Of a stretch of 64,000 bases of DNA, positions 1-9,234 are shown piece after piece. The stretch spans positions 73,585-137,584 of the forward strand of contig JACQLT010000002.1 of the NCBI GenBank assembly GCA_016203945.1, given 5' to 3'. Made by a program: the position numbers and the translations under genes. This DNA is from Parcubacteria group bacterium (lineage in GTDB: Bacteria > Patescibacteriota > Minisyncoccia > Minisyncoccales > UBA10102). Under the pieces are notes generated by a model. The model saw nothing but the letters and a program-made list of their open reading frames with translations. It ran no database searches and had not been told where the DNA came from. Every line of letters begins with the position of its first letter. Within the stretch, counting starts at the first letter, position 1.

Positions 1-831
1 GTAAGAGCAAAAGATTATGTCAAAGAAGTTTTCTTTGAGGGGAAGCAGGGAGACGCTCTCCATATCCATCACAATGGGTTTTACATTGGGCAGATTTTTT
101 GCGGCAAGCACGGATACCGCATCCCGAGAAACATCGGAGGCGTACACAATCCCTTGGGGGCAAAGGCGCGACATGATTTCTGTTTGGGTGCCCGTTCCGC
201 AGCACAATTCAAGAATAACGGCGTTTGGCGCAAGCTCGAACTGCTTAAATATCCACTCGTGAAGATTTTGGGAAGAATATCGCGCGTTAGAGCTTAGGCG
301 TTCTTGCAAATCAGAAGCGCTCACCGCCTTTTCCAACACGTCCTCGCTTAACTGCCCCGAAGATTGTTCCCTTTTCTCGTATGTCATAAGCATGCATTCA
401 TTGCCTTGAAACGTTGTCTTTCCTTTTGGCTGAAACCCGGCACGCTCAAAGGATTTTTGGGAAGCTATGTTCGATTCTTTAATATACGCACTGATGGTCT
501 CAATATCTGCACGCTCTTGAAACACGAGCGAGACCGCCTGCTGAATTGCCCCGGGCGCGTACCCTTTTCCCCGCCAAGAAGACATAAGCGCAATGTCTAT
601 TTCCCCTGCGTTCCCATGAAGATCAATGCGCACCTGACCGATCTTCTCTCCTTCTCTCTCTATCACGAAAAGGCAGGCGTTGGAATCTTGAAATTTTGAA
701 GCAAACCACGCCTTGTGAGTTGCGAGGTCAATTGGTTCTGTATTGAAATGAAGCTTCTTTGCAGAAGGATCATTGCGCAGTTCAAAATAGAACATAAGGT
801 CTTCAGGCGCTGCTCTGCGGAGTGAAACCAT
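1..831 (-). CDS. GNAT (PseH-like) N-acyltransferase fused to class I SAM methyltransferase; 3' end runs off window
   Basis: Hand translation from ATG at 831, open to base 1: MVSLRRAAPEDLMFYFELRND...WRGKGYA...NIASQKSFERAGF (GNAT), then VILELCCGTG...ENFFDIIFCSY (SAM motif I). Not in the ORF track because no stop lies in the window. Confidence 0.8.
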   Translation of the reverse strand, partial: MVSLRRAAPEDLMFYFELRNDPSAKKLHFNTEPIDLATHKAWFASKFQDSNACLFVIEREGEKIGQVRIDLHGNAGEIDIALMSSWRGKGYAPGAIQQAVSLVFQERADIETISAYIKESNIASQKSFERAGFQPKGKTTFQGNECMLMTYEKREQSSGQLSEDVLEKAVSASDLQERLSSNARYSSQNLHEWIFKQFELAPNAVILELCCGTGTQTEIMSRLCPQGIVYASDVSRDAVSVLAAKNLPNVKPIVMDMESVSLLPLKENFFDIIFCSY

Positions 832-848
832 GCACGGATTATCCTAAC

Positions 849-875
849 AAAAAAGGGGGGCTTATTCAAGCCCCC
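849..875 (-). terminator. Intrinsic terminator after pseI
   Basis: Minus strand GGGGGCTT-gaat-AAGCCCCC followed by CTTTTTT, overlapping the pseI stop codon. Confidence 0.7.
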
Positions 876-1993
876 ACGAGATCCAAGGTGAGAGGAGTTG
901 CCTCCTCAATATCTCTTGTGGCCCTCTTCCCCAGCACTCCGTCAAAGTGTTTGGGCAAAAGTCCTGCTCCTGGACGCGCCACCCGAATGTTTTCTAAGGT
1001 AAAAAGCTCTCCTTTTTTGACGGGTTTCTGCACCCATATTGAGGGCCGGAACTCCTTATTCGCCTCTTCAGCAGGAGAAGCAGGTCCATAGTGAACCTGA
1101 CCCATGGCTTTCTCCACCTGCTCTGAAGAAATGCTCAGCTCCGAGAGCACTGCTTCTCGCTCCCCTTTCTCTCCCCTTCTGATGAGCTCTACCATGTACT
1201 TGAACTCTTTTGGTTCTAGAGAGAATCTTGCGTCAGGCCCTCCCAAAGAGCGGTCCAATATAAAATGTTTCTCAAGGACAGAGGCGCCTGCCGCCACCGC
1301 AGCTACTACTGGAATTTCAATGCCGGCATTATTATCCGAAAACCCTCCGATAACCCCAAACCGCTGACTCACATCCGTAATCACCCGCAAGTTCGCATGC
1401 TCCCACGAGGGCTTGTCCGAATATGTCGTGATGCAATGAAGCGCAACAATATCCTGACAGCCGTTGCTCCGCAGGGTGCGTAAGGCTTCATCCACTTCTT
1501 CAAGTGAAGCAAAGCCGATGGATATAATCGCCGGCTTCCCGGTTTTGGCAACTTTTTGCAGTAGCGGAATGTGCACTGCCTCATACGCACCTATTTTGTA
1601 GCACGGAGGTTGAACCTCTTTCTCCAGAAAATCTACTGCGCTTTCAAAAAAGGGCGTGGAGAAAAGAACAATGCCGAGTTCGTCTGCCAGCTTCTTGAGT
1701 TTTGGCTGCCATTCCCAGGGAGTATATGCGGTCTGGTAGAGCTCCCACAAACTTCTGTCAACCCATGCTTCGGGCCGGTCCCCTTCAGCTTTCACCACAA
1801 ACCACTTTTTGCGTGAGTTCAAAGTAATTTCTGGCGTGTAGGTCTGCAGTTTTACCGCGTCAGCTCCAGCTTTCTTTGCCTGCTTTATCAGTTCTACTGC
1901 TTCTTCGTACTTTTGATGATGATTCCCTGACAACTCCGCCACAATAAAACAGGGTTGACCCTCTCCTACCATTTTTTTTCCTATACGTATCAT
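866..1993 (-). CDS. pseI: Pseudaminic acid synthase (NeuB family, C-terminal SAF domain)
   Basis: FIVAELSGNHH, GADAVKLQTYTP, TPWEWQPKL, EKHFILDRSLGGPDARFSLEP; same locus as pseB/pseC. Confidence 0.85.
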   Translation of the reverse strand: MIRIGKKMVGEGQPCFIVAELSGNHHQKYEEAVELIKQAKKAGADAVKLQTYTPEITLNSRKKWFVVKAEGDRPEAWVDRSLWELYQTAYTPWEWQPKLKKLADELGIVLFSTPFFESAVDFLEKEVQPPCYKIGAYEAVHIPLLQKVAKTGKPAIISIGFASLEEVDEALRTLRSNGCQDIVALHCITTYSDKPSWEHANLRVITDVSQRFGVIGGFSDNNAGIEIPVVAAVAAGASVLEKHFILDRSLGGPDARFSLEPKEFKYMVELIRRGEKGEREAVLSELSISSEQVEKAMGQVHYGPASPAEEANKEFRPSIWVQKPVKKGELFTLENIRVARPGAGLLPKHFDGVLGKRATRDIEEATPLTLDLVGA

Positions 1994-1998
1994 AAGCT

Positions 1999-2748
1999 CT
2001 ACAATTTTCGTATTTCAGCGAGAATCGCAAAATGGTCGCTTACCCCGTCTTGTAAACGTACATTGGAAGCTTCGTACTGGGGGGTAGTGAAAAGACCGTC
2101 TATCATCAATGACCTGCCACGCAGCTTTTCTCCTAACCGATGCAAATTGACATCAATACTTGTCGTATAGTGAGAAGGGATATTATCTTTATAGCACTTC
2201 GCCAGCTCAGCGAAAATCTCTTCTCCTCTGGGCGCGTTGAAATCTCCGCAAAACACCATATCCGGAAAATCCTGCAGGGTCTTCAAAAGCCCTGCCACAT
2301 GCGTTCTTTGAACATCATCTACTTTCCCGTCTGGCGTCCAGGTGAAATGAGTTGTCCCAATAGTAAAGCCCTTCCCATCCTTCTGAAGCGCTGCAGAAAG
2401 CACAAGATGATAATACGACTGATGGTTTCCGTCGAACATAAGATTCCGCACTGACTCTTCGTCTCCGTGGTAGTATGATTTTCTAAGATTGCTCATAGGC
2501 AAACGAGAGAGTAGGGCGATGCCAAAGGGAAGAAAAAGGGGTTCCAGTTTGTTATCCCTGCCCATAAGCACCATCTGCCCAAAGGCGCTCTCCATGCCGA
2601 GTTCCTCTGCGAACTTTTGCAGATCATGTTCATATATCTCCTGAAGGCAGACCACATCGGGTTTTTCTTTTTGCAAAAAAGCCAAAACTCTATCCAGATG
2701 TTTTGTCCCTTCAATGTTAACGCACGCAAGAGAAAGAAAATTACTCAT
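1999..2748 (-). CDS. Endonuclease/exonuclease/phosphatase (EEP) family protein
   Basis: PDVVCLQE, CGDFN, SDH motifs; start moved to MSNFL (ATGA overlap with upstream stop). Confidence 0.8.
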   Translation of the reverse strand: MSNFLSLACVNIEGTKHLDRVLAFLQKEKPDVVCLQEIYEHDLQKFAEELGMESAFGQMVLMGRDNKLEPLFLPFGIALLSRLPMSNLRKSYYHGDEESVRNLMFDGNHQSYYHLVLSAALQKDGKGFTIGTTHFTWTPDGKVDDVQRTHVAGLLKTLQDFPDMVFCGDFNAPRGEEIFAELAKCYKDNIPSHYTTSIDVNLHRLGEKLRGRSLMIDGLFTTPQYEASNVRLQDGVSDHFAILAEIRKL

Positions 2749-3545
2749 AGAGGTTTTTTTGCGCGAAAAGAAGTAGCGGCCCACGGAGTTTGTTCAATGT
2801 CCACAAGCCCGCATTTCTCAAACCACGCTTGTACCTCGGCAGTAGTATAGGCCCTTTGATGAAAGGGCGTGAGGCTGTCAAACGTATCGTGAGCAGACCA
2901 TTGAAAGTCGGGCAGCGCAACAAAAGGAAATATTGCCCGCACTGCTTTTCCTAAAAAAGGGATGCGTGCGACAGGGAGAAAGAGCGAGACTACGGCGTAA
3001 GAGTACCACAGCGGCAGTGTATATCCAAAGAGTGGGCGGAGCAGTCGAAACATAGTGCGATAGAGACGCAAGGTCGGAAAATCATAGTATCCTCCTTTTT
3101 TGTAGACCGAAACCGCAACCCAGCCGCCGGGTTTTACCGTCCTCACCATTTCCTGAAATCCCCGGAAGGGATCTTTCGTGTGATGAAGAACGCCGATGGA
3201 AAAGGCTCCGTCCAAAGAATTTGATTCGATGGGAGCTTGCAGCACGTCTCCTTGATACAGCACCACATGAGGATCGTTCTTAAAATGCTGCTTTGCGATC
3301 TCTAACGCTGCCTCATCTGCCTCAATGCCAACGACCCTGCCGTTTTTCATGCGCACCACCTCCAAAAATCTCCCGGGTCCGCATCCAAAGTCGCCGATCG
3401 TCATCCCCTCCAAGGAGCCCTTCTTTCCTGTTATCTGCTCCCACATGCGAAGGGTATAGCCCTCCAGGAGCTTTCCCTTGTTCTCGCTTTCAAACTGAAG
3501 TTTTTTCCAGTGTTTCCACTGATAATTGAAAGAAGATGTATTCAT
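2745..3545 (-). CDS. Class I SAM-dependent methyltransferase
   Basis: DFGCGPGRF, SIGVLHHT, VKPGG. Confidence 0.85.
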   Translation of the reverse strand: MNTSSFNYQWKHWKKLQFESENKGKLLEGYTLRMWEQITGKKGSLEGMTIGDFGCGPGRFLEVVRMKNGRVVGIEADEAALEIAKQHFKNDPHVVLYQGDVLQAPIESNSLDGAFSIGVLHHTKDPFRGFQEMVRTVKPGGWVAVSVYKKGGYYDFPTLRLYRTMFRLLRPLFGYTLPLWYSYAVVSLFLPVARIPFLGKAVRAIFPFVALPDFQWSAHDTFDSLTPFHQRAYTTAEVQAWFEKCGLVDIEQTPWAATSFRAKKPL

Positions 3546-3556
3546 AGTTCAAAATT

Positions 3557-4486
3557 TTACGAGCACCTCAAAACGCACTCAAGAAAGTTCGCCTGTTTGG
3601 GAAAATCGCAAGCCCAAACAGATTTCCCTGTTTTCTGCCATTGGCGCATGATATAGCTTATTCTTGAAAAGATTTCTGCAAGAAATCCGAGGCGAAGCTG
3701 GGCAAAAGAAATATCGTGCGCTCCATAGAACTTGGCAAAGCGCATAACACGCTCTTTGATTGCGTGAGGAGAAAGCTTTTTTGCGTCAAACAGAGAAAAT
3801 CGGAATGCGGCAAAAGCAAGCTCGCAGAGCGCATCTCCCCGATGCATTCCTCCAAAATCTAATATAAGAGCAACCGTATTTCCCGCAAAAAACACATTTC
3901 CCGGCTGCAGATCTCCATGAATGAGCTGGGGCCGAGCGAGTACGCGCTTTCGTTTTGCAAGCAAGGTAGAGGCCTCTAAAAGCGCAGAGAAATAAGCGGC
4001 CCACTCTTTTCTGCGAGAGAATTTTTTCTCCATTCTTTTGAGTTCACGCGGTGAGAGCATGTTATACAAACGAGCGTTCATCCTCTGCGCAGGATACGGA
4101 ACAGGGCAGCGTAAGAGCGCTTCGTGGAGACGGGCAAGTTCTCTTGCGAAAGAACGCATTTCTTTTGAGTTTCCAGAAAAGAATTTTCCTTTGGAGAAAA
4201 CAAAGAGCAAGAACCCTCCCCTTCCTGCAAATGCGCCTTTTGCCGTAGGAAGAACCTCCGGCACCTTAGCCCCCTTTCTCTTGCAAAAAGCAAGAACCCG
4301 CGCCTCAAGCTCCAGACGCTTTCGGGGAATGATCGTATCTTTTTTAAGCACGTATTTCCTCCCGCCTGCTCCTATGAGATAGTTGGCGCTGTTGATGTTT
4401 GCCCCCGGGAGCTTCCGACAAATCGAAACCCTGCCCAGGGCAGGATACTCCTGCTCAACGTATTTTTTCACTCCAGCATTTCCCAT
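3557..4486 (-). CDS. APH/type II homoserine kinase-like phosphotransferase
   Basis: LIHGDLQPGNV and LDFG kinase motifs, LARLH. Confidence 0.8.
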   Translation of the reverse strand: MGNAGVKKYVEQEYPALGRVSICRKLPGANINSANYLIGAGGRKYVLKKDTIIPRKRLELEARVLAFCKRKGAKVPEVLPTAKGAFAGRGGFLLFVFSKGKFFSGNSKEMRSFARELARLHEALLRCPVPYPAQRMNARLYNMLSPRELKRMEKKFSRRKEWAAYFSALLEASTLLAKRKRVLARPQLIHGDLQPGNVFFAGNTVALILDFGGMHRGDALCELAFAAFRFSLFDAKKLSPHAIKERVMRFAKFYGAHDISFAQLRLGFLAEIFSRISYIMRQWQKTGKSVWACDFPKQANFLECVLRCS

Positions 4487-5517
4487 TGGAGAAAAGTTCC
4501 TGCGGGAATATCTTGCGCCGCTTTCTTTCCCAGAACTTCGTGGCCCTGGGCAACAGAAATACCGGCATTTCCGGGGCGGCGAAAGTCAAGCATCTCAAGC
4601 GTAATGTTTTCGCCCTGGGCAATGTTGCGGTTGGCTACAAAGCTTCTCCGCGCATTCTCCTCCACCCGCGAAGAGGAAAGAATGTCAGCCGACCCCATAG
4701 CTTTTTCTACTCTCCGCACATTGTCAACGAACTGCTTGAGCTCGTGGGGCTCCAAAGACATAAAATGTTCCACTCTTTCGGTTGCCCGGTCGGGAGAAAG
4801 AGTTTTCTCCAACATATTAGCTCCCAGGGCCACCGCCGCATAGTTCATAAGGTCTCCAAGAGAATGATCGGCAAAGCCTACGGGAAACCCAGTCATTTCC
4901 TTGATGGCGGGGATCGCGCGAAGATGCACGGTGTCGTCGAGAGCGGGATACCCCGCAGGGCAGTGCATGATGATCACCTCCTCGTTTCCTGCCTTTTTGC
5001 AAATCTCCACTCCCCTTCTTACATCTTCAAATTTTTCTCTTCCGTCAAGAATCACGGGGAGACCGGTCTTTGCCATTGCTTCAATTAATAACGCATTGTT
5101 CACGTCTCCTTTACTTACCTTGAGCGCATCCACTCCAAGATCTCGCATGCGTGCCACCGTGTCAAAAAAATAGGCAGAAGCGATAAAAAGGAGCCCATTC
5201 TCGTGGGCAAAAGAAGCTAAGGCCTTCCACTCTTCAAAATGGAGTTCCCTTCTTTTAAGGGCCTCTTGCACCGATTCCTTTTTTCTGCCCGTGGGAGTGC
5301 CGAACTCCACCTCAATATCCCTTCTACCTCCCATCATGCGCTCCGCTTCCCCGGGAAGAAACGTCTGGAACTTTACCGCGTCAGCTCCTGCTGCTGCCAC
5401 CGCGTCCAAGAGCGCTTTTGCTTCCGAAACTGTAGTGTAGGTAGCGCTGGGTTCAAAGGCAATAAGGCAGGGGTTGCCGTCTCCTACCAATGTATGGCCA
5501 ATGCTTACCTGTTTCAT
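4468..5517 (-). CDS. Second NeuB/SpsE-family ulosonic acid synthase with SAF domain
   Basis: GADAVKFQTF, IIMHC, VGFADHS, LEKT, RRPGNAGI; N-terminal motif divergent (FEPSATY). Confidence 0.85.
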   Translation of the reverse strand: MKQVSIGHTLVGDGNPCLIAFEPSATYTTVSEAKALLDAVAAAGADAVKFQTFLPGEAERMMGGRRDIEVEFGTPTGRKKESVQEALKRRELHFEEWKALASFAHENGLLFIASAYFFDTVARMRDLGVDALKVSKGDVNNALLIEAMAKTGLPVILDGREKFEDVRRGVEICKKAGNEEVIIMHCPAGYPALDDTVHLRAIPAIKEMTGFPVGFADHSLGDLMNYAAVALGANMLEKTLSPDRATERVEHFMSLEPHELKQFVDNVRRVEKAMGSADILSSSRVEENARRSFVANRNIAQGENITLEMLDFRRPGNAGISVAQGHEVLGKKAAQDIPAGTFLQWEMLE

Positions 5518-6227
5518 AAATAGAGGTTGTGTTGTTTGTTCATACGCATGAGCGAGGGCCGTGAGGATAAAAATCGCACGATATCCTGAAGAGAAAACTG
5601 CGGGTTGTTTTCGTAGAAATTCTCGTATATTTCTTTGATCACCTCAATATCTTCGGGATAATCAAGCGTGATGCGAATGTGAGCGAGGCTGGGCGTCCTG
5701 ACCATATCTTCCGCCTTGAGATCTGTATCTTCCAACAAAGGCGTTACAGGATTCTCTCCCTTCCCCTCTTTTTTAACCCATGCCCTCTCAAGGGCCGAAC
5801 TGGCAAAGATCTCAAAATCGAGGCCGTCGGGATACGATCGTATTCTCGCGTTGGTCAGAATATCACACCTCTTTTCCCTAAACAAGCGCATTCCTTCTGC
5901 AACGAGTTGAGGGTCAATAAGAGGGCAGTCGCCGGTCACGCGCACGATGGTATCCGGGCCAAACTCTCTGCCTGCTTGATAGAAACGATCCAAAAGATTG
6001 TCTTCGCTTCCGAAAAAACATGGGGTGCCGAGACGGTTAGCTTCTCTTGCAAGGATGTCATTCTTTTCTTGGGAGCCGGTTACGAGAATGATCTGACGGA
6101 TGCCCGGCACCCGCCGCAATCGTTCTATGATAAGCTCAAACACCGATTTGCCGCATATGCGCATCAAAACCTTGCCCGGCAGGCGAGTTGATCCGAGGCG
6201 CGCCTGAAGGAATATATCGGTATTCAT
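5514..6227 (-). CDS. SpsF-like cytidylyltransferase
   Basis: LQARLGSTRLPGKVL, GSEDNLLDRF, RVTGDCPLIDP, TLDYPED; start moved to MNTDIF (ATGA overlap). Confidence 0.85.
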   Translation of the reverse strand: MNTDIFLQARLGSTRLPGKVLMRICGKSVFELIIERLRRVPGIRQIILVTGSQEKNDILAREANRLGTPCFFGSEDNLLDRFYQAGREFGPDTIVRVTGDCPLIDPQLVAEGMRLFREKRCDILTNARIRSYPDGLDFEIFASSALERAWVKKEGKGENPVTPLLEDTDLKAEDMVRTPSLAHIRITLDYPEDIEVIKEIYENFYENNPQFSLQDIVRFLSSRPSLMRMNKQHNLYL

Positions 6228-7174
6228 TGCAATATGAGTTTCAGTGTCTCTCTGCCGCGCTCCACCGTATTGAAGGTTTGGCGCCTCCGTCTGACGCATC
6301 CCAAAAAGTAGCGCATCTCCTCTCTCAGGGCGGTTTCGTGATCATGCTTGGTGCCTCGGAAAAGAATCTTTCGCCGCTCTTTTCTTCGCTCAACCCATTC
6401 TTTGCAGACCCTGTTATCCCAAGAATCCCATACGAGAGTCCCCTTTTCTCCTACGATACGAATTGTTTTTTCGCGCACCCGCTGAAGATAATCTGCGCGA
6501 ATGACGCCAAACACCTTATTGGCAAGCAGCGCGTGCACGCTGCCTACGTCCGGAACGTCAGTTGCTAGCGTACTCACCTTTGCCTGCAACACGTGCCTTT
6601 TGAGCACTTGGGGAAAGTTATTCAGCCACAGAAACAAGTCGGCGTCGTGGATATCATCAAGCAGTACTCCTCCTCCTAAATGCTTTTTGGCGGCATAGGT
6701 CGTGCGCAAATCCATCCCGGGGCGTTGATAGGGCAAGTATCTCCCGTAGGTAAACTCCATGAGCAATGGCCTGCCTACGCGCCCTTGCGCCAGGGCTTTG
6801 CGCATATATTGAACGGCAGGATGAAATCTGTAGTTGCACGCCACAAAGTTCACCAGGCCTTTCTGTTTGCACAAAAGAGAAAGTTTGCCGGTGCCGGCTA
6901 ACGTGTGAGAGAGCGGTTTTTCAATAAAAAGGTGGAGTCCTGCGAGCGCGCATAGTTGGGCCGTCTTTACATGTTCTGCCGTGGGGTTGGCAATCACCGC
7001 CACATCAAACTTTTGGAGCGCGCGCAGAGAAAACGAGGGCATTGCTTTTGTCCCTGCGAGGGCTGCTCTTCTCTTATCAGGATCGTATCCCCACACCTCT
7101 GCCGCCCCTAACTTGGAGAGATTGGCAAAGTGCCGACTACCGATAGAACCCAAACCAATGACAAGTATTTTCAT
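6224..7174 (-). CDS. Gfo/Idh/MocA-family oxidoreductase
   Basis: IGLGSIG, EKP, GGGVLLDDIHDAD. Confidence 0.85.
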   Translation of the reverse strand: MKILVIGLGSIGSRHFANLSKLGAAEVWGYDPDKRRAALAGTKAMPSFSLRALQKFDVAVIANPTAEHVKTAQLCALAGLHLFIEKPLSHTLAGTGKLSLLCKQKGLVNFVACNYRFHPAVQYMRKALAQGRVGRPLLMEFTYGRYLPYQRPGMDLRTTYAAKKHLGGGVLLDDIHDADLFLWLNNFPQVLKRHVLQAKVSTLATDVPDVGSVHALLANKVFGVIRADYLQRVREKTIRIVGEKGTLVWDSWDNRVCKEWVERRKERRKILFRGTKHDHETALREEMRYFLGCVRRRRQTFNTVERGRETLKLILQ

Positions 7175-8469
7175 ACTGCTCTCACGTTGTAATTGCCCTG
7201 GATGGGCTTCCCTCCGAGACCGGAGCGAAGGGTACGAAAACGCAAAGCGTCTTGCAACGCCCGAAACGTTTTATCGTACGCGTTGAGCACCATGCGCACT
7301 TCTTTTTCCCCGTGGCTGAAACTCATATTATGACTCCCTGTCCACAACACGCCTCTCTGGAGCATCTCTCGCTGAATGAAGCTCTTGATTTCCAAATCGG
7401 AAAAACCGGCAGCGGGCCGTATCGCAACAATGTGCCACGGAGGCAAACCCTTAAGCTCAATGAAATCATGCAGGCCATGTTTCTCAAGAAGCTCGTGCGT
7501 GCCCTCTTTCAACATGCGCCCTATGCGCCAGAGATGAGGGATGACGCGCTTCTTCTCTATTTCTTCAATAGTCGCTAAAGCAGCTGCTAACGAAAGGCAT
7601 TCTCCCCCGAATGTGAACGAAAAGAATATATCTTCCATATGCTTCATATGTTTCTCTTTGCCGACCACGACGGAAATCGGCATGCCGTTTGCCATGCTCT
7701 TGCCAAAGCAGGCAAGGTCTGGCACCACCCCAAAGTACTCCTCAGCTCCTCCCAGGGCAAACCGGAATCCGGTAACAATCTCGTCAAAAATGAGAAGCGC
7801 GCCCTCCTTATGCGCAAGTTTTTTCACGTCTTGGAGAAAATCTCCTCGCGGCTCCTCAACAGACATGGGTTCCATAATCACTCCGGCGACCTTCCCTTTA
7901 TAGCGCCTGAAAAGCGCGCGAAGCGACTTGATGTTGTTGTATTCAAACCGATGCACAAGGTTCTTGACGGCGTCGGGCACTCCCGCATTGCGCGGGTTCA
8001 GACCAATGTACCAATCCTGCCACCCATGATATCCGCACGCCAATATATGGTCTCTTTTTGTGATCGCCCGGGCCAAACGCACAGCTCCCGCAGTGGCGTC
8101 AGAACCATTCTTTCCAAAACGCACCATTTCAGCTGCCGGAATCAAGCGCGTGAGCTTTTCTGCAAGTTTGTATTCCAAGGGAGAGGCAAGAGAAAAAAGA
8201 ATGCCCTTCTTGAGTTGGGCCTTGATCGCCTTGTCCACCCTGGGATATTGGTAGCCAAGCACTATTGGCAAGAGCGCATTTACAAGGTCAAGATATTTGT
8301 TCCCGTCAACGTCCCACACGTAGGCTCCCTTGCCGCGCGTGATAAAAAGAGGGGCTTGCCCTTGAATGTACTGAAGATGACTCTTGCTAAAGGTCTGGGA
8401 GGCAAGAGGAATGGCTCTGCGAACCCTCTTGAAAAGAGAGCTACTCCTTGAGAACTTTCGCTTCCTCAT
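7171..8469 (-). CDS. Class III PLP aminotransferase (GSA aminomutase-like, KdnA-like)
   Basis: WDVDGNKYLD, FGKNGSDA, GYHGW, FDEIVTGFR, FGKSMANG; start probably MRKRK at 8469. Confidence 0.85.
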   Translation of the reverse strand: MRKRKFSRSSSLFKRVRRAIPLASQTFSKSHLQYIQGQAPLFITRGKGAYVWDVDGNKYLDLVNALLPIVLGYQYPRVDKAIKAQLKKGILFSLASPLEYKLAEKLTRLIPAAEMVRFGKNGSDATAGAVRLARAITKRDHILACGYHGWQDWYIGLNPRNAGVPDAVKNLVHRFEYNNIKSLRALFRRYKGKVAGVIMEPMSVEEPRGDFLQDVKKLAHKEGALLIFDEIVTGFRFALGGAEEYFGVVPDLACFGKSMANGMPISVVVGKEKHMKHMEDIFFSFTFGGECLSLAAALATIEEIEKKRVIPHLWRIGRMLKEGTHELLEKHGLHDFIELKGLPPWHIVAIRPAAGFSDLEIKSFIQREMLQRGVLWTGSHNMSFSHGEKEVRMVLNAYDKTFRALQDALRFRTLRSGLGGKPIQGNYNVRAV

Positions 8470-9145
8470 GGGGGGTTTGGGGCGCTTGCGTGGCGCGAGA
8501 GCTCTCCCGTAACGATTGCGTGTGTATGCCGCACTCGCCGCCCTCATTGGTGGTGCCTACCCAGCGGCCCGCTCTTTCTGGCTCATTTTCATCCTGCTCT
8601 TTTGCAGAGCATATTCTGCAAGAGAGAGAACGGTATCCCATGCCATAGAGAGAGCTTGCGGGCACTCCGAAAGCAGCGGTGTAGTGCCAGATGTCTTTTT
8701 CGGTAAAATCAAGAAGGGGATTTATCTTTACCAGCCCGTCCTTCTCTTCAACGTATTGAAAATCGGTGCGGGTGAACCCTTCATCCCGACGAATGGCAGA
8801 GAACCAGCAGTCAAGATTTGCGACAGCTTCCTTAAATTTTTCCACTTTGGCTTCCCTGCAACAGTGCTCAATGCCCAAAGCAGGATCGTTATGGAATACA
8901 TGTTCTTTGTAGTTAAGCTTCCAATCTCGCACTACCTTGTCTCGCAATGCAAGAGTTTCTGGAAACTCGGTGTCAGAGAGCACAGAGAATGCCATAACGT
9001 CTGGCTTGACCTGAATGGCCAAATGAGTCAGCACCATGCTGTCTTTTCCAAAAGAAAGCGCAATTCCATTGCGAGGGTAGCGATCGATATATTCTTGCAC
9101 GAGATCTTTTGCGTTTTGGATTTTTTTGAGAAAGGTGACGGGCAT
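8441..9145 (-). CDS. cysH: Adenosine-5'-phosphosulfate / PAPS reductase
   Basis: SFGKDS, CC pair (HCCREAK), KINPL, GYRSLSCRIC (CxxC), ERAGRW, ECGIH. Confidence 0.85.
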   Translation of the reverse strand: MPVTFLKKIQNAKDLVQEYIDRYPRNGIALSFGKDSMVLTHLAIQVKPDVMAFSVLSDTEFPETLALRDKVVRDWKLNYKEHVFHNDPALGIEHCCREAKVEKFKEAVANLDCWFSAIRRDEGFTRTDFQYVEEKDGLVKINPLLDFTEKDIWHYTAAFGVPASSLYGMGYRSLSCRICSAKEQDENEPERAGRWVGTTNEGGECGIHTQSLRESSRATQAPQTPHEEAKVLKE

Positions 9146-9234
9146 ATGTATGTATGGATTAGATGACTTATTTCCTGCTCTTCAGTATATCAAGGCGAAA
9201 AAGAAAAGGCAAGAATACCAGCTTTCATTTCTGT

